Positions 22,701 through 33,952 of a DNA stretch of 64,000 nucleotides are shown here, piece after piece (position 1 is the first letter of the stretch; the number at the start of each line of letters is the position of its first letter). Below the pieces are notes generated by a model. That model did not search any database and was not told where the DNA came from. It was given only the letters and a program-made list of their open reading frames with translations. A program made the translations under genes and the position numbers. Origin of the DNA: Squalus acanthias (taxonomy: Eukaryota); NCBI GenBank assembly GCA_030390025.1, contig CM059432.1, forward strand, positions 67,396,001-67,460,000, given 5' to 3'.

Positions 22701-25700
22701 GCGAGCATTCTCGCTGGATGGATCCGGAGAGAACAGAGCCCAAATATAGGCACGGGCCTCGGCACTGATGCCCACTGGATCCGAGACTAGGGATCCGTCG
22801 TTGGCCAGCAACCCCAAGAACTGCTTACGGACCCCCTGCTTTTTTTCCAGCAAGTAGAAGAAGGGGGAGCCGTGGTCCAGATCCTGCAGGAACTTGATCC
22901 GCGACCTCACGTATGTGCCTCAGGACCTGACTAGCTGCAGGTCCTTCAGCGTGCCCTTCTTCTCTTCGTACACCTTCTGCAGGGCCGGGTCTTCGGCGAC
23001 TTGACCGAGATGGGACTGCAGATCAAGCACCTCCTTCTCCAACCGCCCGACCTGGGCCTTCCCTCTCTTGGTCGACCCCCTCGCATACTCCTGACAGAAG
23101 AGACGGACGTGAGCCTTGCCCATGTCCCACCGTAGCCTCAAGGAGGGGAAGCCCCCCCGCTTCCTTCTCCAGTCAGGCCAGAATCGAGGGAACAAATCCT
23201 TGTCCTCCAGCAGCACGTTGTTAAAATGCCAGTACGGGGATTCCCCCCCCCCGCCGCGCGGAGTGGAGCGAGCTCCGCCCACACCAGGTGGTGGTCCGTG
23301 CGTGGTACTGTCCGCATGGAAGTCGCCAGAAAGCGGGAGACGTAAACCCGGGAAATGTAAAGACTGTCATTTCTGGACCTTCCTCCTCCAGACTTTGTGA
23401 GTGAAGGCGCTAGAGTCGGGATGGAGATTTCACCAGACGCCCAGCAAGGCCCCTCAACTTTCCCATCACCGCCATGCTGCGTGGGGCACCAGAGCGGTCC
23501 CTCGCCTCGAGGATGCGGTTGAAATCCCCCCGAGGATAATGCACTCGCTGGCGTCGATGGAGCATAAAAGAGCAGACACTTCTTCAAAGAAGCGCACTTG
23601 CTGCACACCGGTCTGTGGGGGGGGTGGGGCGTACACGTTCACTAGGTGGAGCGGCACGTCCCCCAGTTGAACAGTGAGATGGAGCAAATGGCCTGGTACG
23701 GGCTCCTTGACCCCCAAGATCTCCGGCTAAAAATGTGGGGCCAGCAAGATAGCCACCCCGCAAGAAGTGTTGAGCGAGGTGGCTCATGCAGACCCCTTCT
23801 TGCCATTCCAGGAGCCACGTAGCCTCATCTCCTGGAATGGTGTGGGTTTCCTGCAGGCATACTTCCCTTCCTTAAGGAGCAAGAAGTTAAGAAATCTGCG
23901 GCGCGCCTCTCTGCTGCCGTTGATGTTGAGACTGGCTATGGTTATCTTCATGAGAAGAGCATAGTGTAAACTCTACCTAACCTACTGTGGGGAGGGAGTG
24001 GAGTCTCTCGTTACCCTCCACTCTCTCAACAGCCCAGTGTGGAACATCTTGAGCCGGCACAGTTCACAAGGAACTACTATTAAATTTGTAGACCAGATCG
24101 AGCAACTCCCAGAGGATGCCAGGGTATGGCTGAGTGAGCGCAGCCTCATCGACCTCGCCCGCCCCAGCCTGTAGGATGCCCGACCTGGCGACGAGTGACT
24201 GTGTTATTTTGGGTGGATCGGCGACCCCCACCCCCACCCCTAATGGGTAGGGTCACCTTCCCACCCCCAGGCTGGGCAGACAGATCTGTCTCACCTTCCC
24301 GAGGGATGGGCAACTCCCGGCGACTGCACCTGGTGGTGGTTGCGTGGGGGGGGCGGCGCAGGACCTACGACGGGCGCCGTCTCCTCTTCCACGGAGGGAC
24401 ATGGGTCCTTCTCCACTTCCCAGGAGCGGTGCCTTCGTCTCTTCCTCCCGGAGGTCTGCAGAGGGAGGGAGACCTCCAGGTCAGCAGAGGCCTCCACTTC
24501 CACATCCTCCTTCTGTTTCTGGCTCCCGATCCACAGCCTGACTGTGGGATGCAAGTTTTCCGCAGAGTGGGCACGATCATGGGCCCGGACATGGTATCTA
24601 TCGTGGGCCCGGGATCAGGATCCCGAATGAGCGTGAGCATGAGACTGTATGCGCTCTCCGGGGGACTCAGCCCAAGGTATTTAGTCTTCCTCTGCACCTT
24701 CCTTCCACACAAACACGCTCCCCCACTCCCCACTGCAGTGACATTGGCCTCTGACATCGACCGTGCATTTGATGTTACTGGCGCGGGGATGGGGGTGGGG
24801 GGTGCAGTGGCGATGCCAGCCTTCGCAGCCTTAGTTGTTTTGGCGGCCTTGGAGTCGGAGCAGTTTTTATGTACATGCCCCACCTCCTTGCAGGCATTAC
24901 ACCGCATATTGTCTGACGTCCCCTATGAATCCACTCTCCGTGTCCTCCTCCCTCGCCTGCTGAATGTAAAGCTGGCGCCGGAAGGAGAAGACATGACGGG
25001 AGCTGGCCTCACCTCCCCCAGTTGACATAGGTGGGGGAGAGGAGCTCACTCGTGATAAAGGGCGGGATATTTGATAAAATAATTTGCTGCGCAGTGACCT
25101 CGAGAGGATCCACCGGCAGGAAGGTCCCGCCCACTGTGAGACCCTTATTAAGGGCCAGGAACACCACCTGCACAGACCTCAGAAAGAACACAGCCTTCCC
25201 GTACATTTTTGAGGCGGCAATGATGGCTGAAGGGCCGACAACCCCAGCCATGGCTTTGACGCATGCCTCGATGGTCATGGTGGGGTGAGTGTCGCTCTTT
25301 ACCCCATGTTTTTTAGTGATGGGGTGAAAGGTGACAGGGCAGCAGGAGTGTCTGTAGCTGCCATGCCTGCGTATGTCTTTTCTTTTTTCGTCACCGGCAA
25401 AGATGGAGTCACTATTGCTGTTAATTAAGGGTTACACTCAACCCAAGTTTTAGGCCTGAGATAATTATGGCATTTCTTTCAAACAGAGGAGTTTAGAATA
25501 AAAGGAGAAAACCCACCTCCCGCTGTGATGTCAGGATGGGAAAGGTGCCTTCTCCACTCCTCAAAAAAGGTGAAGAAAACAATAATAATAACAAAGGGAG
25601 AGGTTGCCTCTCAAGAATGAGAAAGGGAGAGAGAGGGAGGGAAGGAAGGAGGGAGGGAGGCTGCAGAAGTGGGGTCACCACTCAAAACGGGGCTTGATGG

Positions 25701-26246
25701 GTGGGTGGGTGTGTTGCAGGGATGCACTTTCTAGCTGTTAAATACAAGTCTTTAGGAGCTTCTTGGTAGGGGGAGGAGATGTTTTCACCCGGGACAGCTG
25801 GAACTGCCCAGACACAGTCTTCCACTAAGTCTTTTTAATAGGAAAAGAAAGAAAAACTTTACCCAGGCAGCTACAGATGTCCCAGGCCAGGGAGTCGGGG
25901 GGCTGCGGGACGGGGACGGGCGGTATTTATAAGTGAGTGGGGTCTAGTTGATTTTGAAAGAGCGCACACACACCCTTCACGATCTTTCAGTCTTTATCTT
26001 CTGTCCACCACCCCCCGCCCCCCCCCAACCTACAGGTAATAGTCTTGAAGAGAAAGTGCACCAACACCCACCCTATGTTGATTTTTAGTTGGTAGTAGTC
26101 TCCCTCCTTCCAAGCAGATGTTATTTTCTTCCAGTTGTTGTCGAAGTTGTGGTTGTGGTTCTCCCTCACTCGCCCTCTCCCAATACAGAGAGCCAACAAG
26201 CAAGCAAATTGCTTCCCTTCTCCCTCTTTCCAGTAGAGTCAGTAGC
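19741..26246 (-). mobile_element. Tx1-family (L1 clade) non-LTR retrotransposon, apparently full length, degenerate
   Basis: ORF1 relic (AASKMYGKAVFFL; zinc knuckle CNACKEVGHVHKNC); ORF2 starts MKITIASLNINGS at 23951, then LVNVYAP, KSPGLYGLTVEF, AYADAVL and C-terminal CNFCGLEESVFHVYTEC, ending at ~19815. Confidence 0.92.
21660..22000. repeat. G-rich minisatellite, ~30-31 bp unit, about 11 copies
   Basis: Tandem GGGGAAAGTGCCGGGGAGGGAGCGGGCTCT with minor variants. Confidence 0.95.
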
Positions 26247-26486
26247 AACACTATAGTCTAGTCTTTAGAAGCCTTTATTCACAGAGACGCACAGTACATA
26301 CTGCGCACGCACCCGCACCAGCATCCCACCACCCCAGCCATAGACCATTTAAGTACAATTAACAGTGACCACCACTTATTTTAAAACAGCAGACACCCTG
26401 AGAAATTAAAAACTGATCCAAATTCAGGTGTTTATGCATAAACAAAATTAATTATGTGGCACATATAATGGGGTAGAAATTGGCTT

Positions 26487-26628
26487 GAGTTCTGACGAAG
26501 GGTCATCAACCTAAAACGTTAACTCTGTTTCTCTCTCCACAGATACTGCCTGACCTGCTGAGTATTTCCAGCATTTTCTGTTTTTATTTCAGATTTCCAG
26601 CATCTGCAGTATTTTGCTTTTGTATTGG
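26487..26628 (+). mobile_element. Short 3' fragment of a second Penelope-like family with a decayed hammerhead motif
   Basis: GAGTT-CTGACGA-AGGGTCATCAACCT-AAA-ACGT-T-AACTC at 26487-26525 (GAAA changed to AAAA); 12-bp TSD AGAAATTGGCTT at 26475-26486 and 26629-26640. No coding sequence, so family assignment is inferred. Confidence 0.75.
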
Positions 26629-26649
26629 AGAAATTGGCTTAGGCCTGTT

Positions 26650-29625
26650 TTCGGGGCAGCTCGGCAGCATGGAGTGCTCCTCCTGTGTTATGTGGGAAGT
26701 CAGGGACACTTTCAGTGTCCAGGGCGAACACGTGTGCAGGAAGTGTCTCCAGCTGCAGCTACTCAAAATCCGCGTTTCGGAGTTGGAGCTGCGGCTGGAG
26801 TCACTGTGGAGCATCCGTGAGGCTGAGATCTTCGTGGATAGCACGTTTAACGAGGTGGTCACACTGCAGGTAAAGAGTGCACAGGTAGAAAGGGAATGGG
26901 TGACCGCCAGACAGAGTAAAAGAACTAGGAAGGTAGTGCAGGAGTCCCCTGGGTCCATCTCCCTCTCCAACAGATTTTCCGTTTTGGATACTGCTGGGGG
27001 AAATGGTTTCTCAGGGGAATGCAGCAAGAGCCAAGTCCATGGCACTACGAGTGGCTCAGCTGCACAGGAGGGGAGGAAAATGAGTGGGAGAGCAATAGTG
27101 ATGGGGGATTCTCTCGTAAGGGGAACAGATAGACGTTTCTGTGGCTGCAGACGTGACTTCAGGATGGTATGTTGCCTCCCTGGTGCCAGGGTCAATGATG
27201 TCACTGAGCGGCTGCAGGACATTCTGAAGGGGAGGGTGAACAGCCAGAGGTCGTGGTCCATATCGGTACCAACGACATAGGTAGAACGAGGGATGAGGTC
27301 CTGCAAGCAGAATATAGGGAACTAGGAAATAAATTAAAAAGCAGGACCTCAAAGTTAGTAATCTCAGGATTACTCCCAGTGCCACGTGCTAGCGAGAACA
27401 GAAATAGGAGAATGGACCAGATGAATGCATGGCTGGAACGATGGTGTAGGAGGGAGGGATTTAAATTCTTGAGGCATTGGGACCGATTCTGGGGAAGGTG
27501 GGACCTGTACAAGCTGGACGGGTTACACCTCAGCAGAGCTGGGATCAATATCCTCGCAGGGGTGTTTGCTAGTGCTGTTGGGAAGGATTTAAACTAGTTT
27601 GTCAGGGGGCTGGGAACCTAAGTGTGGGCCCAGAAAGAAAGAAACAAAGCTGGAAGTGCAAATTAGAAAAGTAGTCAGCAAAATTAGTAGGGAGCAGAAA
27701 CAAAGGCCAACAGTAAAGAGGGTCAAAGTGCAGAAAAATATTAAACAGGCAAAGTTGAAGGCACTTTATCTAAATGCAACAAGGCTGATGAATTAATGGC
27801 ACTAATAGAAGTAAATGGATATGATGTAATTGCCATTACAGAGACATGGTTGCAGGGTAACCAAAGCTGGGAACTGAATGTTCCAGGGTACTCAACATTT
27901 AGGAAGGACAGACAAAAAGGAAAAGGAGGTGGCATAGCGCTGTTAATAAGGGATGAGATCGGCACGGTAGAGATAAAAGATCTTGGCTTGGCAGATCGTG
28001 ATGTAGAACTGGAATTAGTTTGGGTGGAGCTAAGAAACAGCAAAGGGCGGAAAATATTGGTGGGAATTGTGTATAGGCCTCCAAACAGGCGTGGTAATGT
28101 AGGGCACAATATCAATCAAGAGATTAGAAGTGCAGGTAACAAGGGCAATACGGTAATCATGGGGGACTTTAATCTACATATTGACTGGGCAAATCAAATT
28201 ACCACTAATGGTGTGGAGGACGAATTCTTGGAAAGCATGGTTTCCTGGATCAGTATGTGGAGGAACCAACCAGGGAACAGGCTATTCTGGATCTGGTACT
28301 GTGTAATGAGAAAGGGCTAATCAATAATCTTGTGGTAAAGGGGCCTTTAGGGACAAGTGACCATAATATGATTGAATTTTATATTAAATTTGAGAGTGAT
28401 GTAGTCCAATCTGAAACTTAGGTCTTCAATCTAAACAAAGGAAACTACAAGGGTATGAGGGACAAGTTGGCCATGGTAGATTGGGAGACTACACTAAAAG
28501 GTATGAAGGTGGACATACAATGGCTAACATTCAAGGAAATAATGCATAATTTGCAACATATATTCCTCTAGGGCATAAAAACTCAAAAGGAAAAGTGATC
28601 CAACGATGGCTAACAAAAGAAATTAAAGCTAGTATTAAGTCAAAGGAGGAAGCTTATAAAGTTGCCAGAAAAAGCAGCCAGCTTGAGGATTGGGATCTTT
28701 TTAGAAATCAGCAAAGGGGGACCAAGAATTGATAAAGAAAGGGAAAATGGAATACGAGCACAAACTAGCGAAAAATATAAAAACGGATTGTAAAAGCTTC
28801 TATAGGTATGTGAAAAGGAAAAGACTGGCGAAGGTAAATGTAGGTACTTTACAGTCAGAGACGGGAGAATTTATAATGGGGAATGAGGAAATGGCAAGAG
28901 AAATTAAATAAATACTTTGTTTCTGTCTTCACGGAGGAAGACACAAAAAACCTCCCATAAATACGAGAAAACCAAGGGTGTGGCGAGAATGAGGAACTTA
29001 AAGAAATTATTATTAGTAAAAAAACAGTACTAGCAAAATTAATGGGACTAAAAGTCGATAAATCTCAAGGACCGGAAGACCTACATCCTAGGGTTTTGAA
29101 AGAGGTGGCCATTGGGATAGTGGACGCATTGGTTGTCATCTTCCAAAATTCTATAGATTCTGGAACGGTTCCTGCAGATTGGAGGATAGCAAAGGTAACC
29201 CCGCTATTTAAGAAAGGAGGGAGAGAGAAAACGGGGAACTACAGACCTGTTAGCCTCACATCAGTTGTTGGGAAAATGCTGGAATCTATTATAAAGGATG
29301 CAATAACTGGGCACTTAGAAACTAATAGTAAGATTGGGCAGAGTCAACATGGATTTATGAATGGCTAAAACCTGTTTGACAAACCTACTGGAGTTCTTTG
29401 AGGATGTAACTGGTGGAGTAGACAAAGGAGAACCAGTAGATGTGGTGTATTTGGATTTTCAGAAGGCCTTCGATAAGGTCCCACACAAGAGGTTGGTGAA
29501 CAAAATTAGGGCACATGGAATTGGGGGTAATATACTAGCATGGATTGAGAATTGGTTAACAGACAGAAAACAAAGAGTAGGGACAAACGGGTCTTTTTCA
29601 GGATGGCAGGCTGTGACTCGTGGCG
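26650..29625 (+). mobile_element. CR1 LINE with ORF1 and ORF2 truncated in mid-RT
   Basis: ORF1 and endonuclease/RT motifs; stops abruptly after WQAVTRGVP. Confidence 0.92.
26669..27597 (+). pseudogene. CR1 ORF1: zinc finger/leucine zipper plus SGNH-type esterase domain, one frameshift near 27230
   Basis: CSSC...CRKC, heptad leucines, GDSLVR, HIGTND, DGLHL. Confidence 0.9.
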
Positions 29626-29626
29626 T

Positions 29627-29903
29627 ACCGCTGTCCCTTTAAAGCCATGCGCTTCTATTTTCTGAATAAGTCTGCTATGTGGTACTTTATCAAATGCCTT
29701 TTGAAAGTCCATATATAAAACATCTACTGCACTACCTTCATCAACCCTCTCTGTTACTTCATCAAAGAACTCAGTCAGATTAGTCAGACACAATTTGCCT
29801 TTAACAAATCCATGCTGGCTGGCCCCTATTAGCCCATGCATCTCCAAGTGAGAATTAATTTTGTCCTTGGCAATTGCCTCTCGTAGTTTTCCTATCACTG
29901 ACA
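29627..29903 (-). mobile_element. Inverted CR1 RT fragment from a different subfamily
   Basis: Minus frame SQHGFVKGKLCLTNL...DFQKAFDKVPH. Confidence 0.85.
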
Positions 29904-30645
29904 TAGTACTTATGTACTACATAGTGTACTTAACCTTGTGCTATTTTACAATTGTATTGAGAAATTATTCCGCTGGTTCAATTAGTGCTATACAGTTTAA
30001 ATGAGATGAAAATGAACATGAATTCTAAGAGACGATTGTTTATTGATTTATGACAGAATTTAGCAAGATTAAAATTAGTTTTAACGGATAAAATTTAACA
30101 TCATATGTGCATTACAAAGTCTGATTTATATCCTAATGGCATACATATTTTGATGGATTATCTATTAACACTATCATTTCAGGAATATAATTATTTAAGG
30201 AAATCAAGCAATTTAAATTTAGATCCTTTGTTGGTGTATGCTCCTGCCACACATTGGCCCCAATGTTCTTCATCGCCCTTTGCCAGGGGTCAGGTAAAGG
30301 GAGTGCGCACGATGTGTGTTCTGCCTGACATGACCTGAACCTGAAAACAAAAACAGAAAATCTGGAAATAGTCAGCAGGTCAGACAGCATCAGTGAAAAA
30401 GCAAAACTCAGTCAGAATTGTCTTCTGTTTCTCCATGTATTTGGCTTTTTGTTTATGACCTGAGCCTGTACTGGATTTCCGGCTTCAGGTCATTTAACTT
30501 AGCTTGATGTTTTGGAGGCACACGCCCGACCCTTGGCAGGTGCCTCTGCCCAAAATCGTGGAGGAAATCCAGCTGTTAGCACCTGTTGCTGCTGTGCATC
30601 ATGAATTCATGTCCTACTGGCTCTGTGGAAGGAATCTATTTACAT

Positions 30646-31833
30646 TACTGGCAATCAGTAACTAGTGGTGTTCCACAGGGGTCAGTGCTGGGTCCCCAAC
30701 TCTTCACAATCTATATTAATGATTTGGAGGAAGGGACCAAGTGTAACATATCAAAATTTGCAGATGATACAAAGATGGGAGGGAAAGTAGTGAATGAGGA
30801 GGACATAAAAAACCTGCAAGGGGACATAGACAGGCTAAGTAAGTGGGCAGAGATTTGGCAGATGGAATACAACACTGGAAAGTGTGAGGTGATGCACTTT
30901 GGCAGGAAAAATCCTAGAGCAATTTATTATCTTAATGGCAAGAAACTGGAGAGTACTGAAGTGCAAAGGGATCTGGGGGTCCTGGTGCACGAAACTCAAA
31001 AGGTTAGTATGCAGGTGCAGCAAGTGATTAAGAAGGCAAATGGAATGTTGGCTTTCATTGCTAGGGGGATAGAATATAAAAATAGGGAGGTATTGCTTCA
31101 GTTGTACAAGGTATTGGTGAGACCGCACCTGGAATACTGCATACAGTTTTGGTGTCCTTACTTAAGGAAAGACATCCTTGCTCTCGAGGCAGTGCAAAAA
31201 AGGTTCACTCGGTTAATCCCGGGGATGAGGGGGGGTGGTCATATGAGGAGAGGTTGGGTAGATTGGGACTCTACTCATTGGAGTTCAGAAGAATGAGAGG
31301 CGATCTTATTGAAACATATAAGATTGTGAAGGGGTTGGATCGGGTGGATGCGGGGAGGATGTTCCCGATGACGGGTGAGACGAGAACTAGGGGACATAGT
31401 CTTAGAATAAGGGGCTGCTCTTTCAAAACTGAGATGAGGAGGAACTACTTCACTCAGAGGGTGGTAGGTCCATGGAATATGCTGCCACAAAAAGCTGTAG
31501 AAGCTACAACATTAATTAAATTTAAAACAGAAATAGACAGTTTCCTAGAAGTAAAGGGCATTAAGGGTTACGGGGAGCGGGCAGGAATTTGGACATGAGT
31601 CTAGGTTCGGATCGGTCATGGCCCTGTGGGTAGTGGAGCGGGCCCAGGGACTGTGTAGCCTGATTCTGCTCCTATTTCGTGTGTGCAATTCTGTTAGATG
31701 CAGGAGATGGTTCTGTGATAGATAGTAGATTGGCGGTTAGGATCAGATCAGCCATGATCTTATTGAATGGCGGAGCAGGCTCGAGGGGCCGATTGGCCTA
31801 CTCCTGCTCCTATTTCTTATGTTCTTATGTTCT
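30646..31833 (+). mobile_element. Young 5'-truncated CR1
   Basis: [14 protein letters not shown]; nearly identical to ~56436-57619; (TTCTTATG)n tail. Confidence 0.94.
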
Positions 31834-31997
31834 TATTTTGGCTGGCCTCCCCAAGGTCCCCAAACCCTGCTCATATCCTCCAATTCGAGCTGGATTGGGT
31901 GCAAAGCCTTAACACTTGCTTCTTCTGGGTGCTCATGAAATAGTCGCATGCCCATTGTTCTAGTAGGAATATGAGGTGGAAGGGCCCTTTAGGATCA

Positions 31998-32487
31998 TGT
32001 CAGCCATGGCTCAGTGGTAGTACTCTCGCCTCTGAGTCAGAAGTTTCAAGTCCTACTCCAGAGACTTGAGCACAAAATCTAGGCTGACACTGCAGTGCAG
32101 TCCTGAGAGAGAGCTGCACTGTCAGAGGTACTGTCTGTCGGATGAAATGTTAAACTGAGGCTCTGTCTGCCCTCTCACATGGACGTAAAAGATGACACTA
32201 TTTGAAGAATTGCAGGGAAGTTCTCCCCAGTTCTCCCCAGTGTCCTGGCCAACATTTATCCCTCAACCAGCACCACAAAAATACAGATTATATGGTCATT
32301 ATCATATTGCTGTTTGTGGGACCTTGCTGTGCGTAAATTAGATACCACATTTCCTACATTACAACAGTAACAACAACAATTTGTATTTATATAGTATTTA
32401 CACTTCAAAAGTACTTAATTGACTGTAAAGCACTTTGGGATGTCCTGAGGTTGTGAATTGTACCATATAAATGTAAGTCTTTCTTTT
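31998..32487 (+). mobile_element. Deu-domain tRNA SINE
   Basis: TGGCTCAGTGG A box, GTTTCAAGTCC B-box variant, same body as other copies. Confidence 0.85.
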
Positions 32488-33734
32488 TCATTAGAGTCCC
32501 TGGGACACATAAAGGGAGCAGAAACCTGGCATCATGGCTCTTCGACCCTTTTTCCTCTCCTTAGTGCCCAGGAACTGAACATTCCCCAGGTGCACAGAAA
32601 AGGAAAATTTGCCCATTTTTTTTCACGCAGGAAGACAGGGTATGATTATATTTAATAACATATCTTGAGAACACAATCTGATGTATGGGTAAGGTTGTTT
32701 TTTGACAATATTATATTCTACCGAGCTAAAGGAATCCATTATGACACATTGCTCCACCTGATCTCCTGGGCAAGAACTAATGAAACATTTAATGTTGGGC
32801 TGCCATGTTTGACTGTATGTGAAACTAGGATTTGAACTTGTGGCCATCTGGATGGAACTCCACAGGGTTTAATTTAATTTAGTAGTGTACTGGTTAATAA
32901 CCACACCCATGTAAAATTCCTTTTAATACAGTTATGAATATATTTAAAATAAACAGCTTAACGACTGCAAAAATAGCACCCAAAGGAATTTTAACAAAAT
33001 CGAGATTTCCCAATGTTTAATGTATGGTCTTTTTTGGAAGAGAAGACATTCTCTAAACTTCAAGGAAAAGTCATCACGTGTTTGGCCATAAATAGAAATG
33101 TAATGAAAGGATCATGGTGAAGGTGTCAAACATAATCTTATCGAGCTTGCAGAGCTTCTTCTTTTGATTCCTCCAATTGGTAGAAAGAGCTGATCTACAA
33201 GTTAAGCATTTTGAAAAACCATTATAAGCAGTGGTCTGTCAGTGGGAGTGCTCTGGATTGGCATGAGGCTACCACTCTCAGCAGCGCTACTCTCCTCCTT
33301 CAATCTGACCTGCCTCAGGAATCTGCAGAAGAGTAAAAAAAGAAAGAGAAAATAAAAGATCAGAAAAAAGGGGAGAGGCAGTAGAGAAGAAGAGTAGGCG
33401 AAAGAGAGAGATAAATGCAGAGGGAGACACACACACTGATGTGAAGGAGGAAATAGAAACTGAAGTGAAGGAGAGAAGGACTGCAACAAATCAGGAGTGA
33501 GATCAATTTAGGGTGTACTTAGCGTGCACCTTTAGCATTAGGGCAAAGCAGTTCAGTGTTATATGGGGTAGTTTTTGGACTTTGCACGCCTGAGCATGCA
33601 ATGCTCATAATTTTCCAGTCATTGAAAAATCATATGTCGCATGTAACTAAATGTATGAAAATTGGAAAATTATACTTACAGTGTAAATACACCCTTAATT
33701 AGACATTGTTGCATCACCAGGATCTGTCCCATTG

Positions 33735-33952
33735 CTGCAGTGTCCTAGGCCCAACCATTTTCAGCTGCTTCATCAATGATCTTCCCTCCATCATAAGATC
33801 AGAAGTGGGGATGCTTGCTGATGATTGCACAGTGTTCAGTTCCATTCGCAACTCCTCAGATAATGAAGCAGTCCATGCCCACATGCAGCAAGAACTGGAC
33901 AACATTCAGACTTGGACTGATAAGCGGCAAGTAACATTCGTGCCACACAAGT
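33735..33952 (+). mobile_element. RT fragment of the same LINE family as 10445-14073
   Basis: SVLGPTIFSCFINDLPSIIRSEVGMLADDCTVF. Confidence 0.85.
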
